51,032 nucleotides of DNA, filler included, from an uncultured virus (IMG/VR IMGVR_UViG_2061766007_000659) (2 parts of one record of this genome joined end to end with filler, not necessarily neighbours in it), one strand, 5' to 3'; shown: positions 19,170 to 28,892, counted from the whole stretch's first letter. The notes: generated by a model from the sequence alone, not told the origin. Numbers and translations: made by a program.

Positions 19170-19459
19170 AAACCTTTACATATTATCTAATAGGCAGTGG
19201 AATCTGTCCTTCAAAAATGATTATCAATGTCAATGATGACTACACCTTTGAAAATGTAACTTTCTTCGGTGGATGTGCAGGAAACCATGAGGGCATAAAT
19301 GTTCTCTGTAAGGGAATGAAGGCTCAGGATATCATTGACAAACTCAAAAATGTCAGATGCGGAGCAAGAAAAAACTCCTGTCCAAGCGAGTTAGCTGTCG
19401 GACTGGAGTATATGCTGAAGCATTGGGAAGAATTGCAGACTGTGGAGCCTGCAAAGTAA
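19166..19459 (+). CDS. TSCPD-domain protein (TIGR03905-type, 4 Cys)
   Basis: GIC...FFGGCAGNHEGI..LCKGM...LKNVRCGARKNSCPSELA. Confidence 0.85.
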   Translation: MKTFTYYLIGSGICPSKMIINVNDDYTFENVTFFGGCAGNHEGINVLCKGMKAQDIIDKLKNVRCGARKNSCPSELAVGLEYMLKHWEELQTVEPAK

Positions 19460-19474
19460 AAGGAGTCTGATTTA

Positions 19475-20068
19475 ATGACTATTACAGAAGCTAAAAAGAT
19501 TATTGAAATGTGTGTGGATGCCGTCAAGAAAGGTGATGGTGATGATGCAAAGATTTATGTGAACAAGGAGTATGTACTGTCAATTCTTGATATGGTGGAG
19601 AATTCCTCACAAGGATTTCAGCCTGGGATTGACCCAATAACAACTCCTGTCTGGCCTCCTACATGGCCACAGGTCTGGTACAAGGACCATACTGATGCTC
19701 CTGAGACTGAGAGTCCAGGTCCTGGATTTGAGAAGGTACCTTGGTGGGTATGGTACAAGAATCCATGGGGTGACTTCACCTGTGATGTAAACTCAACAGG
19801 TTCAAAGCCCCAGGATGCTGATGTTGTAATGACCTCAGCAGGAACAACTGACCCGTTGAAGAATACCGCTAAACCTGGATTTTTTGCCAATATCACCGAT
19901 GATTGCAAGCAGGCCCCTCTCACAGATGAACTCAAGAGATTCCGTGAGAATCAGAGCGCCAACAGTAAGACCTTTGATGCATCACCTAAGAGGACAGACT
20001 ACATTGATGATTGGGCAGGTGGAAGCACAACTGGTGGCGGGAGNNNNNNNNNNNNATATGAAAACTAA
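19475..20068 (+). CDS. Hypothetical Pro/Trp-rich protein
   Basis: AAGGAG RBS, 197-aa ORF. Confidence 0.55.
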   Translation: MTITEAKKIIEMCVDAVKKGDGDDAKIYVNKEYVLSILDMVENSSQGFQPGIDPITTPVWPPTWPQVWYKDHTDAPETESPGPGFEKVPWWVWYKNPWGDFTCDVNSTGSKPQDADVVMTSAGTTDPLKNTAKPGFFANITDDCKQAPLTDELKRFRENQSANSKTFDASPKRTDYIDDWAGGSTTGGGXXXXXYEN

Positions 20069-20070
20069 TT

Positions 20071-20099
20071 AAGGAAGTGATTCTTTCACTTCCTTTTTT
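20071..20099 (+). terminator. Rho-independent terminator
   Basis: AAGGAAGTGA-TTCTT-TCACTTCCTT followed by a T-run. Confidence 0.75.
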
Positions 20100-20109
20100 A
20101 TATAAGGTA

Positions 20110-20138
20110 TTGACAAATAACAGGATTCATGTTACCAT
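20110..20138 (+). promoter_or_regulatory. sigma70-type promoter
   Basis: TTGACA-17-TACCAT with TG extension. Confidence 0.7.
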
Positions 20139-20159
20139 AATCATAGATGGAGGCTATAA

Positions 20160-21701
20160 ATGGCTGATATAGAGAGAAGAAATTTGAAGGATGAGTTCTT
20201 TTCCATTCTTTCCCCCAAGGATTGTGCAAGGTATTCCAAGACTGCCAAGAGCAATCTTGAGGATGCAGTATCCAGAATGGAACATACCCTCTGGAATCTT
20301 GATGATAGACTCAACAACAGAGGATACTCAAGTCACAAGCCCGAAGTCGATGATAAGGTAATCGGATACTATGAGTCAATTATCGGCGCTTACAAGTCAG
20401 CTTTGAAGAATTTTGTGAATTCAGGTGAATGGTCATTCACAGCTCCCTCAACCTCACAGGCCACAAAGGACAAGTTTGAGGCCTTTATGGTGGAGGATAC
20501 CAAGTATGGAAGTTGGGGTGACGGAAGAATCGAGAAGGTAAATGACAGCTTCGGAAAGCTTGTCAAGAATCTCAAAAAGAATGGATTCAATGCCGCAGAC
20601 CTTTCAAAGAAGAAAGCCGATGAGGAAGAGGCCAAGAAGCCCAAGATTGAGAAAGTCAGCTATGAGAGATTCGATACCTATGATTCCAAGAGAATGACTG
20701 ACTATAAAACAAGTGGCCGTGGTGAGAAGATGGCCATTGAGTNNNNNNNNNNNNNNNNNNNNNCCAAGTATCCTGAGATTGCTGAATATCTTGACAAGGT
20801 GTTCAATGCATTTGATAATGCTTGGTTCTCATATGTCAGCGGAACAACAAAGAGTCTTGACCTCTCCGAAGCAGAGAGCATTTACAGAGATTATACAGGC
20901 AAATACTCTACTGTAAAGAACTTTGATAACAAGGTCTGTAATGTCCATATGTCCTATGGTGGAACATACACCTTCTGGGACTGCAAGGATGATTTGTATA
21001 GGGCTGAAAGGGCAAGAGAAAAGGTAGTCAAGGAAATCACAATGGAAAAGGAAGATACCTACTCATTGTGGGAGAAATCCGTTGATGCTATTCTCAACGA
21101 TGAAGGAAAACCCTCTCTCAATGCCTATCTTGAAAAATGGGTTGAGGATGTTGTGGCCTATTTTACAAATAAGGACAACATCAAAAGATGGACGGACTTT
21201 GACACCAGGATTAAGGCTGAAATCAAAGACCTTGACAATAAGATGAAGGCCATTGAAGACGATTGGAAGGCCACCAAGAAGGCTACATGGTGGGAGACCA
21301 ACCACGGATTTGAGAACCTTCCTGAGTATAGCAAACTGAACAATGAAAAAAAGGCCAAAAACAGCTTGAAGGCTTCCAATGACAAGGAACTCAATATCTC
21401 CAAGATGGGTGAGAAGAAGATCAGGGAACTGTTCAAGCAGCAGGCAGCAGATGCCAAGAAGGCCTTTGTCACCGCAGTCTGTGAGAAGGCAGGCGTTCTG
21501 AAAGACGGAGTGTTCTACTGGTCAGCACAGCACACCGGACATCTGAATGGTACAGTTGTGGGTGCAGATGGAGCTAAATGGAGAATCACATCATTCTTCG
21601 CTGGCGGGTGGAATATTGTCAGATTGCATACCCGAACAAAAATTANNNNNNNNNNNNNNNNNNNNNNNNNNNNNNNNNNNNNNNNNNNNTTAATTAATTA
21701 A
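20160..21701 (+). CDS. Large hypothetical protein (about 500 aa)
   Basis: GGAGG RBS, own promoter, C-terminal LNG.V.G..G...AGGWNI.RLH motif; end uncertain because of a gap. Confidence 0.7.
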   Translation: MADIERRNLKDEFFSILSPKDCARYSKTAKSNLEDAVSRMEHTLWNLDDRLNNRGYSSHKPEVDDKVIGYYESIIGAYKSALKNFVNSGEWSFTAPSTSQATKDKFEAFMVEDTKYGSWGDGRIEKVNDSFGKLVKNLKKNGFNAADLSKKKADEEEAKKPKIEKVSYERFDTYDSKRMTDYKTSGRGEKMAIEXXXXXXXXKYPEIAEYLDKVFNAFDNAWFSYVSGTTKSLDLSEAESIYRDYTGKYSTVKNFDNKVCNVHMSYGGTYTFWDCKDDLYRAERAREKVVKEITMEKEDTYSLWEKSVDAILNDEGKPSLNAYLEKWVEDVVAYFTNKDNIKRWTDFDTRIKAEIKDLDNKMKAIEDDWKATKKATWWETNHGFENLPEYSKLNNEKKAKNSLKASNDKELNISKMGEKKIRELFKQQAADAKKAFVTAVCEKAGVLKDGVFYWSAQHTGHLNGTVVGADGAKWRITSFFAGGWNIVRLHTRTKIXXXXXXXXXXXXXXXLIN

Positions 21702-21925
21702 NNNNNNNNNNNNNNNNNNNNNNNNNNNNNNNNNNNNNNNNNNNNAAAAATGGGATTATTGCCATAATAGGTGTGCTGACCTATATAGGTCTTTCCGTTT
21801 ATGTTATTTATGATTCTGTATATACAGTATTTCGGTTTATCATTCATATAATAATTAGTTGAAAATTTAGTGGGTGGTTACAATATCTAATGACCATTAG
21901 GCCATTTCTTCTTTATATTATATGT

Positions 21926-22735
21926 ATGACTACGAAAGAATATATTGAGATATATCATAAGTGTCCTGAAAAAGACCATCAATATGAGGGCTGGGAAAAA
22001 GACCTTGAAGCCATGAGGAACTTCAACAAGGAGCTTATCAGAAAGTATCCATGGCTTGAACCCCGCAATAACTGGTCAGGTAAGAAGATATCTGTATGTG
22101 CAGGACATGATGGGGAAGAAGGGTTCTGGCCTGGTGACCCCAAATTACACCCTGAATACAATTATGAGTACACTGTTCTGGACGATATGCCAGAGGGGTG
22201 GAGAATTGCCTTCGGTGATAAGATGTGTGAGGAGATAGACCAGGAACTCAGAAGATTCGATTATCAGGACAAGTATGAGATAACTGAGATAAAGGAAAAG
22301 TATGGAAGTCTCAGATGGTATGATAATGGAACCCCTTACAAGCTGTCTGAGAAGCCTGCCAAAGAGTTTGAGATACATAGATTTGATGTTCTTGAAAGAG
22401 ACTGGGATTCAGATAAATATGCACTTAGGTCACTCTGGTCTGACCATTACATAAACCCATTTGACAATAACGTGGACATGACCCAAGAGGAGATAGATAA
22501 GTACAACAAGGATGCAATCCATCACTATGCACTCTATGAGATAATTGATGAGTGTAAGGTGCAGGATATCATAGACAAATATACTGAGCTCTCAAAAAAT
22601 ATCTGTATAAATTGCGGAAAGCCCGCCAAGTATATGTCAAAGGGATGGATAAGTCCTTATTGTGAGAATTGCGCCAAAGAAATGATGAAAGGAAGTAAAT
22701 ATAATCTGAAGGATTCCTTCACACCTATAGACTGA
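21926..22735 (+). CDS. Conserved phage hypothetical protein (KEKYGSLRWY motif, C-terminal CxxC...CxxC)
   Basis: EGW...IKEKYGSLRWY...CINCG...CENC. Confidence 0.65.
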   Translation: MTTKEYIEIYHKCPEKDHQYEGWEKDLEAMRNFNKELIRKYPWLEPRNNWSGKKISVCAGHDGEEGFWPGDPKLHPEYNYEYTVLDDMPEGWRIAFGDKMCEEIDQELRRFDYQDKYEITEIKEKYGSLRWYDNGTPYKLSEKPAKEFEIHRFDVLERDWDSDKYALRSLWSDHYINPFDNNVDMTQEEIDKYNKDAIHHYALYEIIDECKVQDIIDKYTELSKNICINCGKPAKYMSKGWISPYCENCAKEMMKGSKYNLKDSFTPID

Positions 22736-23116
22736 TTTCAATGAAATGCAGGAATGAAAAAGAGAGTATTGCATTGCTGAGTGCCCTTAATCAGATACTC
22801 AGTGATGATTATCATAGGAGAACTTCGTGATGAACGGATTAATTTGGATATTTTTCATAACATTGGCTATTTCAGCCTTCTGTGCCGCAATGGCTGCGGT
22901 TTTCTACCTTGTGAAGAAAGCCTTCTTCCTGGTATGGGGANNNNNNNNNNNNNNNNNNNNNNNNNNNNNNNNNNNNNNNNNNNNNNNNNNNNNNNNNNNN
23001 NNNNNNNNNNNNNNNNNNNNNNNNNNNNNNNNNNNNNNNNNNNNNNNNNNNNNNNNNNNNNNNNNNNNNNNNNNNNNNNNNNNNNNNNNNNNNNNNNNNN
23101 NNNNNNNNNNNNNNNN

Positions 23117-23142
23117 ACCCTCCGTTTCGGAGGGTTTTTTTT
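23117..23142. terminator. Terminator between convergent transcription units
   Basis: ACCCTCCG-TTT-CGGAGGGT followed by a T-run; lies just beyond the stop of the minus-strand operon. Confidence 0.7.
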
Positions 23143-23162
23143 ATATCTTCCATCATAAGATT

Positions 23163-24230
23163 TTATGAAAGGATTATATTGGCCCCAGAAGGTCTGGTCC
23201 AACTTGCATCATTCTTACCAGTATTGGCACAAGTACTTGTGCATGAAGTCTGACAAAGGGAACTGCAATTCTCTGAACAACTTTCCTCACAGAATACAGT
23301 ACACTCCTCAGTACAGGAAGATTTTGTACATGAAGTTCCACAGGTACTCTGTCCACAGTGATTGTTACAATCATTTGCGCAAGTCTGGTCTTTACAGGCA
23401 GCGGAACAAGTTTCTTTACAACCATCATTGCACTCATCTTTACATCCTGTCTGACAAGTTGATGACCCGCAATTAGCAGCACAAGCTCCTTCAGAGCAAA
23501 TGGCACTGCAAGCTCCATAGCAATGTGAAGTGCACCCCTCACTTGTACAGTCATTTGAACAATTGCTTCCGCAAGCCTTAGTGCAACTGTTATAACAATC
23601 TCCTTTGCATCCATCCTTACAGCTAGATTCACAAGTTGTTCCGCACATGACAGTACATCCGCTTGTGCAATGAGCAGTACATCCTGTTAAGCAGGTGGAA
23701 GTGCAGTCTGAGGTACATCCATAGATATTACACATAGATGAACAGACATTAACACATTCAGAAGAGCAAACTCCACTGCATCCTCCAGAACAGGAAGTAG
23801 AATCCCCACAAGAATTACTGCAAGTACTATCATAGCAGGTAGATTTACACCCTGATTCACAAGCCCCGTAGCAATCCCTGGAACAAGCAGAATAACAACT
23901 ACTAGTTGTTCCACAATTTGTGCTACAGGTGCTGTTATAGCAACTTCCATAGCAAGCATTTGTGCATCCCTTACAAGTATCAGACGCACAAGTACTACTG
24001 CAATTGCTTTTACATCCTCCACCACCAGTGCAACTTGTACCGCAAGTTTGATAGCACCCTGTTCCACAGCCTCCAGTACATGCACTTGATGCACAAGTTG
24101 CATCACAATTCCCTAAGCAAGCACCACTACATCCGATACAAAGTCCTGTGCATGCTGATGATTTACAAGTTTGTGCACGGCATCCGCTAGTACAAGAAGT
24201 ACAGCTATTAGCACCAGTACAAGAAGCCAT
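23163..24230 (-). CDS. Cys-rich CxxxC-repeat protein A (355 aa, about 79 Cys), putative radical SAM substrate
   Basis: Cys every 4-5 residues from residue 4 to about 334; AAGGAG RBS; in an operon with a SPASM radical SAM gene. Confidence 0.85.
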   Translation of the reverse strand: MASCTGANSCTSCTSGCRAQTCKSSACTGLCIGCSGACLGNCDATCASSACTGGCGTGCYQTCGTSCTGGGGCKSNCSSTCASDTCKGCTNACYGSCYNSTCSTNCGTTSSCYSACSRDCYGACESGCKSTCYDSTCSNSCGDSTSCSGGCSGVCSSECVNVCSSMCNIYGCTSDCTSTCLTGCTAHCTSGCTVMCGTTCESSCKDGCKGDCYNSCTKACGSNCSNDCTSEGCTSHCYGACSAICSEGACAANCGSSTCQTGCKDECNDGCKETCSAACKDQTCANDCNNHCGQSTCGTSCTKSSCTEECTVFCEESCSENCSSLCQTSCTSTCANTGKNDASWTRPSGANIILS

Positions 24231-24245
24231 ATTTATTTTCTCCTT

Positions 24246-24467
24246 TTAAAGGGAATTAACAAGAAATTGGAATTTACATACATCTGAAATGTTCCTATAT
24301 ATAAATTCAGAAAAGTCATTTATCATACTTAAATCCAATTTATCAATGTCCAGACAGGATAATGCATTTACAAGACTTGTAATTGCATTAGACTTGGCTT
24401 TGGATATCGAGGAATTTAGAGTTTCTATATTATTTAATTTTGTTATTTTGTCTTCTGTCATATTCAT
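24246..24467 (-). CDS. Small hypothetical protein of the Cys-repeat operon
   Basis: 73-aa ORF overlapping the radical SAM stop and filling the space before protein A. Confidence 0.55.
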   Translation of the reverse strand: MNMTEDKITKLNNIETLNSSISKAKSNAITSLVNALSCLDIDKLDLSMINDFSEFIYRNISDVCKFQFLVNSL

Positions 24468-25620
24468 CCCAATATATTTTTGTCCATTTACATTGTAATT
24501 TCACAATCTCACATATATAAGTAGTTCTTCTGAACTCTCCGAATTCAGCATAGCACCCTCCTATACAGTAAGGACAAGCGGGCTCATAGATGCAATCAAG
24601 ACACTTGGGGTCTTTTGTACAGTTGGCACGGATAGCTCCATCAGTAACTTTCTTGAAGTTTTCCTTATGATTGAATCCATCCCATACATTACCTACACAC
24701 ATTGCACCTTCACCACCATTCTGTGTGTGAGGAAGCCATCTGAAACAAGGATAAATATTTCCCTGGATACTCAATGTAGGCATACAACCGGAACCGCATC
24801 TTCCATCTGTATGGAATTTACTCTTATTTTCTATATATTGAGGGTCATTCTCATCTATATAGAAGTTGTTTCTATCCAGCATAGACCAATACATTTCATC
24901 ACTATGGTCAAGGACATATTCCACACACTTCTCAAGCTGTTTGTCAAGAAGCTTATAATCCTCCTCGGTACAACCAGTATCCTCCATAATGAAGTTCTGA
25001 TGAATCCAGTAAAGACCCAATTCCTCATGCATCCATTTCAAGGAATCATAAAGATAAGGAATAGTATTTCTGGCACAAGTAGCTTTGGTCTGTCGGGATT
25101 CTCTTGGAAACCATTTTCTGAACCAATCCCAGTTCTTCATGATTTCAGGCATTGATGGACTACCATCAGGAAATATCCTGTTTGCATCATGAATTTCTGG
25201 ACATCCATCTATGGAGACACCAGGACAAAGATTATCATGCCATTTCTCACAGAAGGCTCTTACCTCAGGCTTGCTGAAAAGAGTACCATTTGTGGATATG
25301 GAAGCTCTCCACCCATTTTTAGGCTTCTCTTTAAGCATACCCCATTTGGTATTGNNNNNNNNNNNNNCATGAAGGAATCTCCCCCTATGAAGTCGATTAT
25401 TCTTCCGTCATAAACCCACTCCATATCTGTACCTCTGACTCCAACTGGGTCAGGGTCATCCAAAATAAGGTCTATGAATCTNNNNNNNNNNNNNNNNNNN
25501 NNNNNNNNNNTTCACAGGTTTCTTGTTAATCTCATAGCAGTACTTGCATCTGAGATTGCAGTCTTCTGTGGTATTTATTGTGCAATTAAGTCCTTCAAAA
25601 GAAGGGATATCATCTATCAT
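24430..25620 (-). CDS. Radical SAM/SPASM peptide maturase, CXXX-repeat-target type (joined across two gaps)
   Basis: Manual N-terminus MIDDIPSFEGLNCTINTTEDCNLRCKYCYE; IDFIGGDSF; SISTNGTL; VSIDG; SPASM CGSG...IYPCFRW...CLDC...CPYCIGGC...IC. Confidence 0.9.
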
Positions 25621-25647
25621 TTATACTTCCTTCTAAATATTATTTTA

Positions 25648-27441
25648 TTATAAATAAGGATGCTCATCCATATAAGCTTCGGCATCTGACTTTTTAAAAA
25701 ATGAACCTATATATTCATACTTTACTGGACTAGACCCTATTACTTTATATTTTACTTGATATACATTTTCCTCTGAATCATAATATATTCCTACTGCTTT
25801 TAAAGTATATTCTGTCTGAGGTTCACCTGTAGCTTGATGACTACAAGAATCACCACACTGAAGGTCGCAAACGCTAGCACATTCCTCACTACAACTCGTT
25901 TTACAAGCTGCTGAGCAGTTATTGGAGCAACTGGTAGCTGAATAACAACCTTCCTTGCATGCAGAAGAGCAATCCTGTCCACAACCTGTCTGACAAGTTG
26001 TCTGACAACCATTTTTACAAGTACTGGATGAGCAAGTAAGACTACAATTGCTGCCTTCACATTTATTACTCTTACAAGTGTATGTGCAATCATTTGTACA
26101 TCCAGTGGATACGCAAGAACTCAAGCATCTTCCTGTACAATCTGAGCCGCAATCTGAGGAGCATACCTCAGTACATGATGAACTGGCACAAGTGGCAGCA
26201 CAACTACTGGTACAATTACTTCCAGACTGGCATGCAGCATCGCATCCTTTTGAACAACTGCCTCCGCAGTCATTGGAAGTACAGTGTCCACCACATGAGC
26301 CATCCTCACAATAAGACTTGCAAGTTGTACCACATGAACCACTGCTACAGGTACCATCACAAGCAGTGGAACAACCCATTCCACAAGTTGATGTGCAATT
26401 TCCACCGCAACTGGTATGTGCTCCACAAGAGGTATAGCAATCAGAAGAACATTCCTTACCACAACTTGACCCGCAGCTTCCCTGACAAGTGGATGAAAGA
26501 CAGTTAGAATCACAGGATTCATCGCAACTTCCTTCACAGGATTTTGTGCACCCTTGCCCAGTACACTCACTTCCACAGGTTCCTGTGAAACAAGAGGTAT
26601 CACATTTGTTGTCACATTTTTTTCCACAAGTATCTGCACAATATCCGGAACAGTTTGTCGAGCATCTTGCAGATGAACATACTACACCGCAACTTCCAGT
26701 ACAACTGTTTCTACAAGTTTCATCCCTACAGGTATTGTCACAGTATACATTGCACCCACTCTTACATCCTCCTGAGGTACAAGTATCCTTGCATCCTCCG
26801 CATGCAGATTTACAATTTGTAGTACAGACACTGTTTCCGCAATCACCCTTACAGGAAGATGATGCGCAGGTGCTGGAACAATCATCCCAGCAACCTCCTC
26901 CGCAGCTGGCTCCACAAGTTTCATCAGAGCAACTGGAAGCTGTGCAGCTACCATAGCAACCCTCTTCGCATCGGGCTTTATTCCTGATATCATTGGTCAG
27001 AAGCCTGATATCATTAAGATAGTCTTTGAGAATATATGAACCAGAGGATGCGTCAGATGAACCAGGAAATGAAGAAGTATCACTATATTTTACTTTTTGA
27101 CTATTGATGACTTCATTAAGACCTACAAATCCGGATGGGAGAGCAGTCTTTCTGAATTCCTCCATAATTCTGTTATACTGGGTGTCATCCAATTCAAGAC
27201 CCTTTAAGTCAGCATCATCAGAATCTGTAATTCCGATATCATGAAGCATCTGCTTGAAGCTTCTGGGACTCCTATATGTACTTACAGTTCTATAGGGGTC
27301 AGCTTCCCATCCTCTGACATCTTTTCTAGCAGACAACAAGTCTCCCCAAGCCTTAGCAAGTGAACCTAAATCAGAGATATTTGAGATTTTTATTTCAAGG
27401 TCATCCTCAATGAAATTGTATTTATCAGGACTGCTCGCCAT
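25648..27441 (-). CDS. Cys-rich CxxxC-repeat protein B (597 aa, about 89 Cys) with Cys-free N- and C-terminal domains
   Basis: About 156-aa Cys-free N-terminus, about 380-aa Cys repeat, about 60-aa Cys-free C-terminus. Confidence 0.85.
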   Translation of the reverse strand: MASSPDKYNFIEDDLEIKISNISDLGSLAKAWGDLLSARKDVRGWEADPYRTVSTYRSPRSFKQMLHDIGITDSDDADLKGLELDDTQYNRIMEEFRKTALPSGFVGLNEVINSQKVKYSDTSSFPGSSDASSGSYILKDYLNDIRLLTNDIRNKARCEEGCYGSCTASSCSDETCGASCGGGCWDDCSSTCASSSCKGDCGNSVCTTNCKSACGGCKDTCTSGGCKSGCNVYCDNTCRDETCRNSCTGSCGVVCSSARCSTNCSGYCADTCGKKCDNKCDTSCFTGTCGSECTGQGCTKSCEGSCDESCDSNCLSSTCQGSCGSSCGKECSSDCYTSCGAHTSCGGNCTSTCGMGCSTACDGTCSSGSCGTTCKSYCEDGSCGGHCTSNDCGGSCSKGCDAACQSGSNCTSSCAATCASSSCTEVCSSDCGSDCTGRCLSSCVSTGCTNDCTYTCKSNKCEGSNCSLTCSSSTCKNGCQTTCQTGCGQDCSSACKEGCYSATSCSNNCSAACKTSCSEECASVCDLQCGDSCSHQATGEPQTEYTLKAVGIYYDSEENVYQVKYKVIGSSPVKYEYIGSFFKKSDAEAYMDEHPYL

Positions 27442-27709
27442 CGTCTAAAAGTATCCTTCCGTCATCAAAAGCGAAGGCATAAGGAACACCATATTTCTTG
27501 GAGATTTCACATCTGAGTTTATGTTCCTGAACCTTGGCTTCTTTCTGTTTTTTCATAAGGCCTTCATAATATTCCTCGACTCTCTTGATGTCCATATCTA
27601 CCGGAAGTGGTCTTACGATATAATCATGAACGGTGTTAAGAGAAGTGATGACATAAATGAAGTCCAGCTTCTCACTTTCAGTTAATTGAACATTTGTCTC
27701 TTTAAGCAT
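27425..27709 (-). CDS. Small accessory protein resembling the CXXX-repeat peptide modification system protein (TIGR04116-like)
   Basis: 94 aa. The VQLTESEK...YYEGL...ISKKYG...FDDGRILL pattern is recalled from that family; GGAG RBS; first gene of the operon. Confidence 0.55.
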   Translation of the reverse strand: MLKETNVQLTESEKLDFIYVITSLNTVHDYIVRPLPVDMDIKRVEEYYEGLMKKQKEAKVQEHKLRCEISKKYGVPYAFAFDDGRILLDDGEQS

Positions 27710-27798
27710 TTTTTAATTCTCCATATATATTTATTGANNNNNNNNNNNNNNNNNNNNNNNNNNNNNNNNNNNNNNNNNNNNNNNNNNGAATCTAAATT

Positions 27799-28103
27799 AT
27801 GTTTAAGACAAAGAAAGATGCAACGGCTAATAATCTTGAAAGGCTTATCGAACTTTACGCAGATTACAGACAGATGCAGTATGATATCTTCAAGCAGTAC
27901 AACCTGCTTCTGGAAGACCCCAAGTTTGATACTCTTTACATGGACATCACCCCTCTCANNNNNNNNNNGATGATTTGAATGGAACTGATGAGCACTCCAG
28001 CACCACAGATATCATCAAGGAGTTCAAGAAGCTCAAGGAAACCTATTTCAACCTTCTGGCCTCGTACAATAATCAAGGTAAGGACATTGACGCCCTTAAC
28101 TGA
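27799..28103 (+). CDS. Hypothetical protein (joined across gap)
   Basis: MFKTKKDATANNLERLIELYADY...KDIDALN* by manual translation. Confidence 0.5.
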
Positions 28104-28119
28104 TTTTTTCAAATGCCTA

Positions 28120-28162
28120 TTGACAAAGTTCCTTACATATGGTATATTATCAATGTAAGGAG
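28120..28162 (+). promoter_or_regulatory. sigma70-type early promoter plus RBS
   Basis: TTGACA-17-TATATT with TG extension, then AATGTAAGGAG. Confidence 0.8.
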
Positions 28163-28172
28163 ATTTGAGACC

Positions 28173-28616
28173 ATGAAGAAGATTTGGGCACTTGAAAAGA
28201 AGTACACACAGAAGGACATTGACAGCATCAGAACCCTCACTCAGGAAATGATTGATGAGGGTCATATCCCCGCAGAAATGGCCCAGCAGGCAATGGACAA
28301 GGTTAACAGCCACAAGGTTGGTGACTGGTATCCGTTCAAGGTCTTCAACAACTATTACAAATTCTGTGGAGAGGTCAAGAGATATCTGGCTCTTGAGGAC
28401 CAGAAGGCCATCAAGGCTCTCAAGGAAGAGCTCGGAAAGGTCTCCTTCACTTCCGAAATCAATGCCAAGTTCAGAGAGGCTCATCTGTCTGTTTTCAACT
28501 CCTACAGGGTTGTTGAGGGAGAGGTTGAGGACCAGAAGGCTGGTATTGATATGTACAACTACAACCTTGTCAAGGTCAATGATGGCGTCTACAAGTATCT
28601 GTGGAACAGCAAATGA
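28173..28616 (+). CDS. Hypothetical early protein
   Basis: ATG after RBS (MKKIWALEKK...). Confidence 0.65.
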   Translation: MKKIWALEKKYTQKDIDSIRTLTQEMIDEGHIPAEMAQQAMDKVNSHKVGDWYPFKVFNNYYKFCGEVKRYLALEDQKAIKALKEELGKVSFTSEINAKFREAHLSVFNSYRVVEGEVEDQKAGIDMYNYNLVKVNDGVYKYLWNSK

Positions 28617-28813
28617 CATACCCTATATTCACACTCACATTCGATAGTCCGTATATCTGGATTATGATAATAGGGGCATTAATACTTCTTATAGCCCAGA
28701 CATTAAGCAGTGACAGAGTTCTTCTTTATGGGATTCTGATGGCCGTAGGTCTCCTTATGATAATAATACCTGTGATGATTCAGGTGATTGAAGTAATCAG
28801 ATTTTTAATCTGA
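28613..28813 (+). CDS. Small two-TM membrane protein
   Basis: ATGA overlap; two hydrophobic segments. Confidence 0.55.
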   Translation: MTYPIFTLTFDSPYIWIMIIGALILLIAQTLSSDRVLLYGILMAVGLLMIIIPVMIQVIEVIRFLI

Positions 28814-28892
28814 TTATTTTTTTGCTATAACTGTAACAAATGAATAGGGTTTATGTTATATTAGGGGTATAAAAACTCTAAGGAGAGGATAT

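Noticed and set aside
19166..19459. Ribonucleotide reductase gene
   Set aside because: Only the small stand-alone TSCPD-type protein is present; no RNR catalytic subunit is in the window.
23165..26993. Alternative-frame and antisense ORFs over the Cys-rich genes (e.g. 26489-26956 +, 23174-23632 -)
   Set aside because: Shadow ORFs from periodic TGT/TGC codons (Gln/His/Val-rich translations) with no RBS or independent signal.
23163..27441. Cys-rich genes as eukaryotic contamination (keratin-associated or metallothionein-like)
   Set aside because: They have Shine-Dalgarno sites, no introns, overlap with prokaryotic genes and flank a bacterial-type radical SAM maturase.
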